Shown: positions 49,488 through 59,196 of the stretch, piece by piece
Layout of the letters: the number at the start of each line of letters is the position of its first letter
Position numbering within the stretch: position 1 is the first letter of the stretch
Notes under the pieces: generated by a model
Told to the model about the DNA's origin: nothing
Database searches by the model: none
The model's input: only the letters and a program-made list of their open reading frames with translations
NCBI GenBank assembly: GCA_963777445.1
Contig: CAVZQR010000017.1
Span: forward strand, 5,226-69,225
DNA length: 64,000 nucleotides
Reading direction: 5' to 3'
From: Candidatus Dormiibacterota bacterium
GTDB taxonomy: Bacteria; Chloroflexota; Dormibacteria; Aeolococcales; Aeolococcaceae
Translations under genes and position numbers: made by a program

Positions 49488-49633
49488 ACAAACGGTCCGC
49501 GACTGGCGAGGTAGCGAGCCCGAAGAGGCTCGAGCCGCCCTCTAACGGGTTGAGAAGGCCGACGGATTGCTGGGCGGCGCCGGTCGCCGGGCGGGCCCCG
49601 CGACCAAACGCGGGACCCGCTGCGACGATCTCG

Positions 49634-52336
49634 ATGCTGCTCAAGCGGTCTCAGGGTGAGTTTAGTAGGCTTCGGCTCGTGACTTCGACAGCTATCGACA
49701 GGCCCCCACTCCAGGACAATCTCACCGAGTCGGACGCCCAAGCACGCGCAGCGCTGCTGTCCAACCTCTCGTACGAGGTCGCGCTTGTGCTCAGCGACGA
49801 CCCACACGCTGAGACCTTCCAGAGCGCCACGACGATCGTGTTCGACGCCGCGCACGAGGGTTCCGAGACCTTCATCAACATCGCAGCGCGATCGATCGAC
49901 GAATGCACGCTCAACGGCAAGCGCCTGACCGAGACGCAACACGGCTTCAACGGCCATGTGCTCTGGCTCCGCGGCCTGCGCGCCGGTTCCAACCGCCTGT
50001 CGGTGATCGCGCAGTGCGAGTACCAGCACACCGGCGTCGGGCTGCACCGCCTTCGCGACCCGGTTGACGATGAGGTGTACGTCTACACGCACTTCGAGCC
50101 CTTCGACGCGCACAAGGTCCTCGCGTGCTTCGACCAGCCCGACCTGAAGGCCGGCGTGACCATGAGCGTGACCGCACCGAGCGCGTGGCGGGTCTGCGCG
50201 AACGGGCGCCTGCTTCGCACCGAGCCGCGCGGCGCGCTCAAGACCTGGCACTTCAACACCACGCCGCCGCTGCCGCCGTATTTGATCGCGGTCGTCGCGG
50301 GCAAGTACCACATCGTGGAACGCAAACACCGCGACATCCCGATGGGCCTGTGGTGTCGCGAGTCACTGGCGACCTGGGTCGACGCCCAGGCTGACGAGAT
50401 CTTCGAGATCACGGCCTCCGGCCTCGATTTCTTCGAGCGGTACTTCGGGCTGAAGTACCCATTCGACGAGTACAACCAGCTGTTCGTGCCCGAATTCAAC
50501 ATGGGCGCGATGGAGAACCCGGGGTGCGTGACCTTCAACGAAGCGTACATCCATCGCGGGCGGGCGAGCGAGGCGCAGTTACAGCGTCGCGCGGAAACCA
50601 TCCTCCACGAGATGGCGCATGTGCACGGTTTCGGCGATGTGACCACCATGCGCTGGTGGGGTGACCTGTGGCTCAACGAGACCTTTGCGACGTACATGGC
50701 GAACCTCGCGATGGAAAAGTCGACGCGGTTCACCAATGCCTGGGTGGACTTCGCGAACAGCGTCAAGTCGATTGCCGCCCGCCAGGACCAGCTGGTCACG
50801 ACCCATCGCATCGCCGACCACGTGCCGGACACGGTCTCGGTCCGGCAGAACTTCGACGGGATCACGTACCACAAGGGCGCCGCCGTCATGCGCCAACTGG
50901 TTGCGTGGGTCGGTGACGACGCGTTCATGCGTGGCGTGCAGGACTATTTCAAGCGATACCGGTGGGGCAACGCCGACCTGCAGGAATTCCTGGACTGCCT
51001 GCGGCGCGCCTCTGGCCGCGACCTCACCCGGTGGGGCCAGGACTGGTTGCAGACCACGGGCTTGAACACGTTCCACGCCAATTTCTCAGAGCAGAACGGC
51101 AGATACACGGCTTTCGCCGTCGAGCAGACCGCGATTCCGGCGCATCCGACGCTGCGCGCCCATCGCGCCGGGGTCGGCCTGTACGAACGCGATGCGAAAG
51201 GAGTCCTGCGCCTCCGCCGCCGGGTCGAAACCGACCTGACGGGCGCAAGCACGACGATCAATGAGCTGGTGGGCGAGCGCGTGTGCGATCTCGTCCTTCT
51301 CAACGACGGCGATCTCACCTTTGCCAAGCTCCGCTTTGACGAGCGTTCGCTGGAAACCATCAAGGCCGACCTCTCCAACCTCGCGGACCCCCTGGCCCGA
51401 GCCCTCTGCTGGGCGGCCGTGTGGGACCTCACCCGCGACGGCGAGATGGCTGCTCGCGAATTCGCCGAGCTCGTGGCCCGCCACGCCCCCGGAGAGAGGG
51501 ATTCGCTGCTCGTCGAGCGGGTCACGAGCCAGGCACGATCGGCGATCGACCTCTACGGGGACCCGGCGAACCGCCGCGCGGCGCGTGAGCGGCTCCACCA
51601 GGTTGCGGTCACGCAGGTCAACAGCCAGAGCCTGGCCGCCGAGTTGCGGCTGATCTGGGCGCGCATCCTGGTGGCCACCGCGGCTTCGGACGACTCGCTC
51701 GCGCATGTCAAGGCCATCCTCGACGGCAGCGAGAGCATCCCCGGCTTCGACCTGGATACCGACCTGCGCTGGCTGATCGTGGGTCAACTCTCCGAGGAGG
51801 GGAAGGCGGACGTCGCGCTGATCCAGGCGACCATGGCGTCCGATCCCAGCGACATCGGACGGCGTCGTGGAACCGCCTGTCTTGCGGGCAGGCCGACCGC
51901 GGCGGCCAAGGAGGAAGCCTGGCGGCGGGTCGCAGACGCGAGCGCACCCATGCCCGCTACCTGGAAGGGAGCGACCGACGGCGAGCTCTCCGTTGCTGCG
52001 ATGGCGGCGATCCTTCGAGGCTTCCACGTCGGCTCGGTCGGGGTCGGCGGCATGATGGCCCATGGACCCAGGCCCGAGCTGCTCCGGCCCTACGTCCAAC
52101 GCTACCTCGACGCGCTTCCCGCGGTCTGGGCGCACCGCACCATCGACGAGGCCGAGGCGTTCACCGAGTGCCTGTACCCCAGCCACCTGGTCGACGACAA
52201 GGTCGTCGCCGCCATCGATTTCGCCCTCGAGAGTGGCGAACTCCCCGGGCCGGCCGTGCGCATCCTGCGCGAAGGCCGGGACGGCACGCTGCGCGCCCAG
52301 CGTGCCCGCGAAGTCGACCGAGCCGCCGGAGCCTAA
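49634..52336 (+). CDS. pepN: aminopeptidase N (M1 family)
   Basis: GAMENPG and HEMAHVHGFGD...WLNETFA. Start uncertain: ATG 49634, GTG 49679 or ORF-track 49550. Confidence 0.9.
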   Translation: MLLKRSQGEFSRLRLVTSTAIDRPPLQDNLTESDAQARAALLSNLSYEVALVLSDDPHAETFQSATTIVFDAAHEGSETFINIAARSIDECTLNGKRLTETQHGFNGHVLWLRGLRAGSNRLSVIAQCEYQHTGVGLHRLRDPVDDEVYVYTHFEPFDAHKVLACFDQPDLKAGVTMSVTAPSAWRVCANGRLLRTEPRGALKTWHFNTTPPLPPYLIAVVAGKYHIVERKHRDIPMGLWCRESLATWVDAQADEIFEITASGLDFFERYFGLKYPFDEYNQLFVPEFNMGAMENPGCVTFNEAYIHRGRASEAQLQRRAETILHEMAHVHGFGDVTTMRWWGDLWLNETFATYMANLAMEKSTRFTNAWVDFANSVKSIAARQDQLVTTHRIADHVPDTVSVRQNFDGITYHKGAAVMRQLVAWVGDDAFMRGVQDYFKRYRWGNADLQEFLDCLRRASGRDLTRWGQDWLQTTGLNTFHANFSEQNGRYTAFAVEQTAIPAHPTLRAHRAGVGLYERDAKGVLRLRRRVETDLTGASTTINELVGERVCDLVLLNDGDLTFAKLRFDERSLETIKADLSNLADPLARALCWAAVWDLTRDGEMAAREFAELVARHAPGERDSLLVERVTSQARSAIDLYGDPANRRAARERLHQVAVTQVNSQSLAAELRLIWARILVATAASDDSLAHVKAILDGSESIPGFDLDTDLRWLIVGQLSEEGKADVALIQATMASDPSDIGRRRGTACLAGRPTAAAKEEAWRRVADASAPMPATWKGATDGELSVAAMAAILRGFHVGSVGVGGMMAHGPRPELLRPYVQRYLDALPAVWAHRTIDEAEAFTECLYPSHLVDDKVVAAIDFALESGELPGPAVRILREGRDGTLRAQRAREVDRAAGA

Positions 52337-53637
52337 CTGGCCGCGCCGCTCATCAGGGCGCCCAACTCGTCGTCCTCGTAGCCACAGGGGCTTCCTGACA
52401 GGTGGCCCTCGGCGCTCAGCCGGTCGTAGATCGCCGCCAGGCGGTCGACGGCGCGAAGCCACGTGAAACGCCCGGCGCGACGGCGCGCCTCCTCGCCCAT
52501 CTCCGCCTTGCGTACGGGGTCGTCCAGCACATCGGCGATCGCGCGGGCGTAATCCTCAGGATCATGGCCGTCGACCAGGAAGCCGGTCACGCCGTCCTCG
52601 ACCACCTCACGAAGCCCACCCACGGACGCAGCCACGACGGGCGTCCCGAGCGCCTGCGCCTCCAGTGCGACGAGCCCGAAGCTCTCCGTCAACGAGGGGA
52701 CGACGCACACGTCGGCCATTGCGTAGTACACGCCGAGCTCCTCGTGCGGCACTGCGCCGACGAATCGGACGTGATCCCCGAGTCCGACGCGCGCCGCATG
52801 GCGCTCCAGACGGCTTCGCTCGCCGCCGCTATTGTGATTGGCGCCGTCCCCGCTGTCGTCACCCGCGACCACCACGGCAAGGTCGCGGTACTCGCTGCGT
52901 GCCCTGAGGTGGACGGCCGCGTCGAGGAGGATCTGCGCGCCCTTCAGCGGCTCGAGCCTCCCGGCGAAAAGCGCAACGCGCGCGCCCTCGAGACCGAGGC
53001 TGCGGCGCAGGCCGGAGAAGTCGTGCTCGGCGAAGAGCCGGGGATCGACGCCCGGCTGGGCGACGCAGATCCGATCTCGCGAAGCGCGATACAGCCGGAT
53101 GAGGTCCTTCGCCTCTGCCGCGCTCGCGGCCACGAGCCGGTCTGCCTGGGCAGCCAGCTCTCCCTCCGCCTGGGCACGGAGCGCGTCGAGGGGCAGGCCC
53201 GCGCGCGCCTTGGTCAGGGACAGGGTGTGAAACGACTGCACCCACGCCACGTCCCACGCGTCACGAAGGCGCCGGCCGACGAGGCCACCGTGCCAGTAGT
53301 GGCCGTGGATGGCGCGGTAGGACCGACGCTCGGATGCGGCATGCCGGATGGTGGCGTCGCTGAACTCGTCGAGCAGCGCGCGGACGTCCTCCTTGCGGAC
53401 AGGCTCAGGCGGCCCCACGGGGAGCCGAACCAGCCGGCTCAGGGGCGCGATCAATTCCTCGTCAGGACCAGGTCCGTCGCGGCGCACGAACACGTCGGTC
53501 GGAACGCCGCGAAGCGAGAGCCCCTCGCACAGCCTGCGAATCGCGAGGTTCATGCCGCCGTTCTCGCCGCTGCCCAGATCCGACAGCGGGGACGCGTGCA
53601 CGGAGATGACGGCGACCGCCGGCGAGCCCTGGCGCAT
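52333..53637 (-). CDS. GT4-family retaining glycosyltransferase (MshA-like)
   Basis: GGMNLAIRRL N-terminal region; ESFGLVALEAQALGTPVVA (E-x7-E). TACACT hexamer 7 nt upstream of ATG 53637. Confidence 0.8.
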   Translation of the reverse strand: MRQGSPAVAVISVHASPLSDLGSGENGGMNLAIRRLCEGLSLRGVPTDVFVRRDGPGPDEELIAPLSRLVRLPVGPPEPVRKEDVRALLDEFSDATIRHAASERRSYRAIHGHYWHGGLVGRRLRDAWDVAWVQSFHTLSLTKARAGLPLDALRAQAEGELAAQADRLVAASAAEAKDLIRLYRASRDRICVAQPGVDPRLFAEHDFSGLRRSLGLEGARVALFAGRLEPLKGAQILLDAAVHLRARSEYRDLAVVVAGDDSGDGANHNSGGERSRLERHAARVGLGDHVRFVGAVPHEELGVYYAMADVCVVPSLTESFGLVALEAQALGTPVVAASVGGLREVVEDGVTGFLVDGHDPEDYARAIADVLDDPVRKAEMGEEARRRAGRFTWLRAVDRLAAIYDRLSAEGHLSGSPCGYEDDELGALMSGAAS

Positions 53638-53709
53638 GGCCTCAAGTGTACCCACCGGCCCCCTGACGAATCCGCCGGGACCCGGCGCATACTCGCTGCC
53701 ACAACTGAA

Positions 53710-53865
53710 TAACGCTCCGGGTGACGGGAAGCCGGTGAGGATCCGGCGCTGTCGCGCAACTGTGAGCGGGGAGCCGGCGGCCATCGTGCCACCGGGAGAG
53801 TCATCTCCCGGGAAGGCGGCCGCGTCGGGCATTGATCCGCAAGCCAGGAGACCGACCCGAGGCGT
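53710..53865 (+). promoter_or_regulatory. cobalamin (B12) riboswitch aptamer
   Basis: GGGAAGCCGGTGAGGATCCGGCGCTGTCGCGCAACTGTGAGC, GCCACCGGGAGAG...CCCGGGAAGGCGGC and B12 box AAGCCAGGAGACCGACC. P1 candidate CTCCGGGT / ACCCGAGG. Confidence 0.9.
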
Positions 53866-53959
53866 CGACCTCCATCCCCGCGCACGACGGGAGGAAGCCT
53901 CATGCGGCGAGGACAACTCCGGCAAGGATGGAGTCCCCGTCGCCGCGTGGGGTGCCGAC

Positions 53960-56209
53960 ATGGGCAGGACCAGGAGGGTCGCCGCGCTGGCGACCGCTGG
54001 AGCGACAGGCGCAGCGCTGCTCGCCTTCGCCATCGGAACTGGCAGCGCGGCCACGCAGGTGGACCCGGCATCGCGGGCCATCCAGTACCTGGAAGGGCAG
54101 CAGTCGGGGAGTGACGGGTCGATCCCGGTGGGGGCGAGCACCGCCGGCGTCAGTGAGGAGTACGCCATCGGGGCGGCCGCCGCAGGCTATGACCCCAACG
54201 CCCTGCGTCATGGCTCCGGCCCGTCGGTGATGGCCTATCTCGCCGCCCACGCCGCCGCCGCCTGCTCCTCGGCGGGTGCCTGCGGCGAACTCCTCCAGGC
54301 GGTCGCCGCCGCCGGGCTCAACCCCGCATCCTTCGGGGGCATCGACCTGCTCACCACGCTGAACGGCTTCTACGCCACCGGCACCGGCGTCTTCGGCGAT
54401 GGCGAGGCGTTCACCGAGACCCTCGCCGTCCAGGGCCTGGTCGCCGCCCACCAGACGGTGCCGGCCGCGGCGCTCCACCATCTCGTCGCCGCTCAGGACA
54501 GCGATGGCGGCTGGGATTTCCTGCTCATCAAGGACGATCCCAACGCACCCACCAACTTCGACACCAGCGACACCAACTCCACCGCCATGGTGCTCATGGC
54601 CCTGGACGCGGCCGGGGTGCACACCCGGGATCGCGCCGCCCTCACCTGGCTGCACACCCAGCAGGACGCTGACGGTGGCTTCCCGTACCAGGCCGGATTC
54701 GGGACCGATCCCGACTCCACCGCGCTCGTCCTCCAGGCGCTGCTCGCCACCGGCCAGAACCCGGACGCACCCGCCTGGGCGCCGGGGGGACACAGCCCTC
54801 TCGCCCGGCTCATCGCCTCCCAGGACAGCGGCGGCGGCTTCACCTTCCCCGGCAGCGCCGCCCCCGATCCCTTCACCACCGCCCAGGTCCCGCCCGCTCT
54901 CGCGCTGGAGCCGTATCCCGTTCACGTGGTGTTCACCCACGGGTTCACGCCGGCCACCGAGGCGCAGGCGGCCACGGCGTCGCTCCAGTACCTGGAGGGG
55001 CAGCAGTCGGGGAGTGACGGGTCGATCCCGGTGGGGGCGAGCACCGCCGGCGTCAGTGAGGAGTACGCCATCGGGGCGGCCGCCGCAGGCTATGACCCCA
55101 ACGCCCTGCGTCATGGCTCCGGCCCGTCGGTGATGGCCTATCTCGCCGCCCACGCCGCCGCCGCCTGCTCCTCGGCGGGTGCCTGCGGCGAACTCCTCCA
55201 GGCGGTCGCCGCCGCCGGGCTCAACCCCGCATCCTTCGGGGGCATCGACCTGCTCACCACGCTGAACGGCTTCTACGCCACCGGCACCGGCGTCTTCGGC
55301 GATGGCGAGGCGTTCACCGAGACCCTCGCCGTCCAGGGCCTGGTCGCCGCCCACCAGACGGTGCCGGCCGCGGCGCTCCACCATCTCGTCGCCGCTCAGG
55401 ACAGCGATGGCGGCTGGGATTTCCTGCTCATCAAGGACGATCCCAACGCACCCACCAACTTCGACACCAGCGACACCAACTCCACCGCCATGGTGCTCAT
55501 GGCCCTGGACGCGGCCGGGGTGCACACCCGGGATCGCGCCGCCCTCACCTGGCTGCACACCCAGCAGGACGCTGACGGTGGCTTCCCGTACCAGGCCGGA
55601 TTCGGGACCGATCCCGACTCCACCGCGCTCGTCCTCCAGGCGCTGCTCGCCACCGGCCAGAACCCGGACGCACCCGCCTGGGCGCCGGGGGGACACAGCC
55701 CTCTCGCCCGGCTCATCGCCTCCCAGGACAGCGGCGGCGGCTTCACCTTCCCCGGCAACGCCGCCCCCGATCCCTTCACCACCGCCCAGGTCCCGCCCGC
55801 TCTCGAGCGCGCCGCGTTCCCGCTCACCTGCGGGAGCGCTCGATGCTTCCTGCCCGGAGCAACGCTGAACGGGCCGACCCCGACCCCGACCCCGACCCCG
55901 GCAGTCACGCCCACCGCGACGCTTCGAACGACGCCCACGCTACGGGTCGAGTCCGGGGGGGCGGGGTCGCCGTCGCCGGCGACGACCGGGGCGGTGCTGG
56001 GAGTCACCGAGGCGCCGACGCCCGCGCCAACCGGCGTCGGCGAGGCGACGCCACCCCCGCCCAGTCCGGCGTCCGGTCCGGCGCTCGCGACCTCCCCTCC
56101 CGCGGCGGGCGGGTTCCCGGCAATTGCCGTCTATCTGCTCGCCGCGCTGGTCGCCGCCCTGATCACGGCCGCGCTGGCGTTTGGCGCCCGACGACGGCGC
56201 GGAGCCTGA
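53960..56209 (+). CDS. secreted, C-terminally membrane-anchored protein with two tandem prenyltransferase/terpene-cyclase-like alpha-alpha toroid modules
   Basis: Signal peptide MGRTRRVAALATAGATGAALLAFAIGTGSAA. Repeated QDSDGGWDF, QQDADGGFPYQ, SQDSGGGFTF motifs. PTPTPTP linker, TM FPAIAVYLLAALVAALITAALAF, RRRR tail. The ORF-track part 53348-53959 is antisense to the GT4 gene. Confidence 0.8.
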   Translation: MGRTRRVAALATAGATGAALLAFAIGTGSAATQVDPASRAIQYLEGQQSGSDGSIPVGASTAGVSEEYAIGAAAAGYDPNALRHGSGPSVMAYLAAHAAAACSSAGACGELLQAVAAAGLNPASFGGIDLLTTLNGFYATGTGVFGDGEAFTETLAVQGLVAAHQTVPAAALHHLVAAQDSDGGWDFLLIKDDPNAPTNFDTSDTNSTAMVLMALDAAGVHTRDRAALTWLHTQQDADGGFPYQAGFGTDPDSTALVLQALLATGQNPDAPAWAPGGHSPLARLIASQDSGGGFTFPGSAAPDPFTTAQVPPALALEPYPVHVVFTHGFTPATEAQAATASLQYLEGQQSGSDGSIPVGASTAGVSEEYAIGAAAAGYDPNALRHGSGPSVMAYLAAHAAAACSSAGACGELLQAVAAAGLNPASFGGIDLLTTLNGFYATGTGVFGDGEAFTETLAVQGLVAAHQTVPAAALHHLVAAQDSDGGWDFLLIKDDPNAPTNFDTSDTNSTAMVLMALDAAGVHTRDRAALTWLHTQQDADGGFPYQAGFGTDPDSTALVLQALLATGQNPDAPAWAPGGHSPLARLIASQDSGGGFTFPGNAAPDPFTTAQVPPALERAAFPLTCGSARCFLPGATLNGPTPTPTPTPAVTPTATLRTTPTLRVESGGAGSPSPATTGAVLGVTEAPTPAPTGVGEATPPPPSPASGPALATSPPAAGGFPAIAVYLLAALVAALITAALAFGARRRRGA
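54081..54902 (+). repeat. copy 1 of an 822-nt near-identical direct repeat (period 903 nt)
   Basis: Line-by-line comparison with 54984-55805. Only two differences found (54094 a/g, 54855 g/a). Confidence 0.9.
54984..55805 (+). repeat. copy 2 of an 822-nt near-identical direct repeat
   Basis: See copy 1. Confidence 0.9.
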
Positions 56210-56216
56210 GGTCGGC

Positions 56217-57014
56217 GTGTTCCGACGTCTGTGTCGCGTCACCCTTGCGGTGCCCCTGCTCGCGGTCGGTATCGGGGCCGCATCGAGCGTCGCTCGCCTG
56301 GGGCCTGCGGCCCCGCTGTGCTCCCAGGCGTCGACGCTGCACCGGGCGGCGCTCGTGGTCGAACACGGTGACGGGCAGGTGATCCGGCGCTGCGTCGGGT
56401 TCGACACCTCCACTGCCACGGCGCTCGCCGTGCTCGATGCGAGCGGGCTCGAGGTCGGGACCTCGTCATATGGCGTTCTCGGCTCCGCAGTCTGCCAGAT
56501 CGACAGCGAGCCCGCCTCCTATCCACCCGGTTGCTTTACGGGCTCCGGCTCGTACTGGGTGCTGTTCGTCTCGCGTGCCGGTGGCGCCTGGGTCAACTCG
56601 CCCGTCGGCGTGTCGAGCCTCTCGGTTGGCGATGGCGACGCCATCGGCTTCCGATATGACCCGCAGGCCGGCGCCGACCCACCGCCGCCCTCACCGGCCG
56701 GCACCTGTCCCGCAATGACCCCACCACCTGCGCGAACACCAACGCCGCCCGCACCGGCGACCCCCCCGGCGCCGGCTTCATCCTCCAGGCCCGCGGTGGC
56801 GGCGCCGGGCGCGGCCATCCATTCCGCGCCGGTGGCACCGACGGCCGGGGTGCTCGGCCTGGCGACGCCAGGCCCAAGCGCCAGAGCGATCGCCTCGCTG
56901 CGCAGCACCGGCGATCCGTCAGGGATCAATCCCGGGCTTCTCCTGGCGGCTGTCGGAGCGGGAGCGCTGGCGGGCCTGATCATCGTTGGAACCATGCGAA
57001 GGCGCCGGGAGTGA
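56217..57014 (+). CDS. DUF4430-like domain protein with Pro-rich linker and C-terminal membrane anchor
   Basis: N-terminal hydrophobic segment. ALAVLDASGLEV...GSYWVLFVSRAGGAWVNSPVGVSSLSVGDGDAIGFRYD. Linker PPPPSPAG...; TM LLLAAVGAGALAGLIIVG; RRRRE. GTG 56217 lies 7 nt after the upstream stop. Confidence 0.7.
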   Translation: MFRRLCRVTLAVPLLAVGIGAASSVARLGPAAPLCSQASTLHRAALVVEHGDGQVIRRCVGFDTSTATALAVLDASGLEVGTSSYGVLGSAVCQIDSEPASYPPGCFTGSGSYWVLFVSRAGGAWVNSPVGVSSLSVGDGDAIGFRYDPQAGADPPPPSPAGTCPAMTPPPARTPTPPAPATPPAPASSSRPAVAAPGAAIHSAPVAPTAGVLGLATPGPSARAIASLRSTGDPSGINPGLLLAAVGAGALAGLIIVGTMRRRRE

Positions 57015-57835
57015 ATCCCCGAGCGCTTGCCGCCTGGTCGATTTCGGGCATCACCATCGCGCTTGCCTCCGGCAATCCCGTGTACAGAGTGCTGGTGCTG
57101 CTCTGCGTGGTCAACGTGCTGGTGGCGCTTCGCCGGCCCGACGTCTCGCTACGGGGTCTGACCATCGCGCTCCTGGTCGCGGGGCTCATCGCCGTGACCG
57201 TCACCACCCTCGCGAGTCACACCGGTCACCACGCCTTCGTGGTGCTCCCGGAGGGTATTCCCGTGCTCGGTGGCCCGCTGACGCTCGAGGCCGCGTTCTT
57301 CGGCGCCTCAACCGGCCTCGGGATCGCCGCAGCCGTGCTTGCGGCGGCTCCGCTCTCCATGGTGCTGATGCCGAACTCACTCGTCGACGCGCTCCCGAAC
57401 TCGCTCGCGCGCACCGGTGCGGCGATCGGCACGGCGCTCAACCTGATCCCCGGCATCGCCCGCAGCGCGACCGAGATTCGCGATGCACAGCGGATGCGCG
57501 GCTGGCGCCCACGTCGCGTTCGCGAATGGCCCGATCTGGCGGTGCCGGTGGTGCTCACTGCGCTCGAGGGTTCGATCACGCTTGCCGAGGCCATGGAGGC
57601 GCGCGGGTATGGGTCCGGGGCGCGCACGCATTACGCAGAGGTCGTGTGGCGCAGATCGGACGTCGTGGTCTGTGTTGTCGCCCCGGCCGCGGCGATCGCC
57701 TTTGTGCTCCTGCGCCTCAGCGGCGTCATCGTCGACTGGTATCCGTTTCCCGATGTCTCGGTCCCGCCGATCAGCGTTTTCGGCGTCGCCTGCTGCCTCG
57801 CGCTCGCGATCCCGGCGCTGGTGTGGCGGCGATGA
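57011..57835 (+). CDS. ecfT: ECF transporter transmembrane (T) component, CbiQ/EcfT family
   Basis: Polytopic, IRDAQRMRGW...AEAMEARGYG. GTGA overlap upstream and ATGA overlap downstream. Confidence 0.8.
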   Translation: MNPRALAAWSISGITIALASGNPVYRVLVLLCVVNVLVALRRPDVSLRGLTIALLVAGLIAVTVTTLASHTGHHAFVVLPEGIPVLGGPLTLEAAFFGASTGLGIAAAVLAAAPLSMVLMPNSLVDALPNSLARTGAAIGTALNLIPGIARSATEIRDAQRMRGWRPRRVREWPDLAVPVVLTALEGSITLAEAMEARGYGSGARTHYAEVVWRRSDVVVCVVAPAAAIAFVLLRLSGVIVDWYPFPDVSVPPISVFGVACCLALAIPALVWRR

Positions 57836-59196
57836 CTCAGCAGCCTGCCGTATCGCTGACCGGCCTCAGCTACCGCTATCCCGGTGGAGCGGCGGACGCA
57901 CTTGACATCCACGACCTGCGCATCGGTGCGGGCCTGACCGTGGTGACGGGTGCATCGGGTTCCGGGAAGTCGACCCTCCTTCGCGTCATCAACGGTCTCG
58001 TCCCGCATTTCCACGGTGGCACCATCGGTGGGAGGGCGGTGGTCTGCGGCCACGACGTCATCAGCACAACGACGCGCGTGCTCGCGACCAAGGTCGGGTT
58101 TGTGTTCCAGGATCCCGAGCTGCAATCTGTGTACCCCACGGTGGCGCGTGACGTGGCGTTTGGTCTCGAGAACATCGCCATGCCCGCGGCGGCGATGCCC
58201 GAGCGAGTTGTGGCTGCGCTCGAGATGACGGGCATCGCGCACCTCCGCGACCGGGCGGTGGCCACGCTGTCAGGCGGCGAGCGTCAGCGGCTCGCGCTTG
58301 CAGGGGTGCTTGCAATGCGCCCGCGCGTGCTGGTGCTCGATGAGCCGCTCTCCCAGCTTGATGAGGACGGCTCGCGCTCGGTGGTCGCCATCCTTGCCGC
58401 CCTCTCCGGCGCCGGGACGGCTGTGATCGTCGCCGAGCATCGCCTCGACCAGCTGGGACCGCTCGGTGGCCGGGTTCTGGCAATCGAGGGCGGCATGGTG
58501 GCGGATCCCGAGCGCGGCGGTCCGAGCCCCGTCACCCGGACGCTCCGCGCTTCGGCCCCGAACATGGCCTTTCGGAACGTGGCATGGCAGCTGACCGGCG
58601 TGGCAACGGGCCCAGCGCGCACACCCATCCTCGACGACATCTGCCTCGAAGGTCGGGAGGGCGAGGTCGTCGCTCTGGTCGGCCCCAACGGGGGCGGCAA
58701 GACGACCCTGCTCCGGACCATCGCGGGGTTGCTCGCGCCACTCGCAGGTCGTGTGGAACGCCGCCCGGGCAGAGTCGCGTTCCTGCCCCAGAATCCCATG
58801 GCCCTCCTCCACCGGGCCACGGTCGCCGCGGAGGTGGCATGGACGGTACGTGGCGATCCGCCGAACGGCGATGCCGCGATGATGCTGGCCGAGCTGGGGC
58901 TCGACCACCTCGCGACCCGGGACCCGCGCGACCTCAGCACCGGTGAGCGTCAGCGAGCTGCGATCGCCGCAGTCCTTGCCGGGCGGCCGCGCATCGCGCT
59001 CCTCGACGAGCCGACGCGCGGCATGGACGGCGCAGCGCGCGACGCGCTCTGCGGCGCCATCCAGCGCATGCGCGCCGCCGGAAGCTCCATCGTTATCGCC
59101 ACGCACGACAAGAACTTGACGGCGGCGCTGGCGGATCGCACGGTCGCGGTTGGGGCCGGCACAGCACGCGAGCTTGTTCCGGTGGCCGTGGCATGA
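57832..59196 (+). CDS. fused double ABC ATPase (EcfA-EcfA')
   Basis: Two Walker A sites (GASGSGKST, GPNGGGKTT), two signatures (LSGGERQR, LSTGERQR) and two Walker B sites (LVLDEP, ALLDEP). Confidence 0.88.
   Translation: MTQQPAVSLTGLSYRYPGGAADALDIHDLRIGAGLTVVTGASGSGKSTLLRVINGLVPHFHGGTIGGRAVVCGHDVISTTTRVLATKVGFVFQDPELQSVYPTVARDVAFGLENIAMPAAAMPERVVAALEMTGIAHLRDRAVATLSGGERQRLALAGVLAMRPRVLVLDEPLSQLDEDGSRSVVAILAALSGAGTAVIVAEHRLDQLGPLGGRVLAIEGGMVADPERGGPSPVTRTLRASAPNMAFRNVAWQLTGVATGPARTPILDDICLEGREGEVVALVGPNGGGKTTLLRTIAGLLAPLAGRVERRPGRVAFLPQNPMALLHRATVAAEVAWTVRGDPPNGDAAMMLAELGLDHLATRDPRDLSTGERQRAAIAAVLAGRPRIALLDEPTRGMDGAARDALCGAIQRMRAAGSSIVIATHDKNLTAALADRTVAVGAGTARELVPVAVA

Noticed and set aside
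53348-53959. N-terminal 204 codons of the 953-aa ORF that contains the toroid protein.
   Set aside because: This part is antisense to the GT4 gene and spans the riboswitch. It has no protein-like composition. A proper signal peptide begins at ATG 53960.
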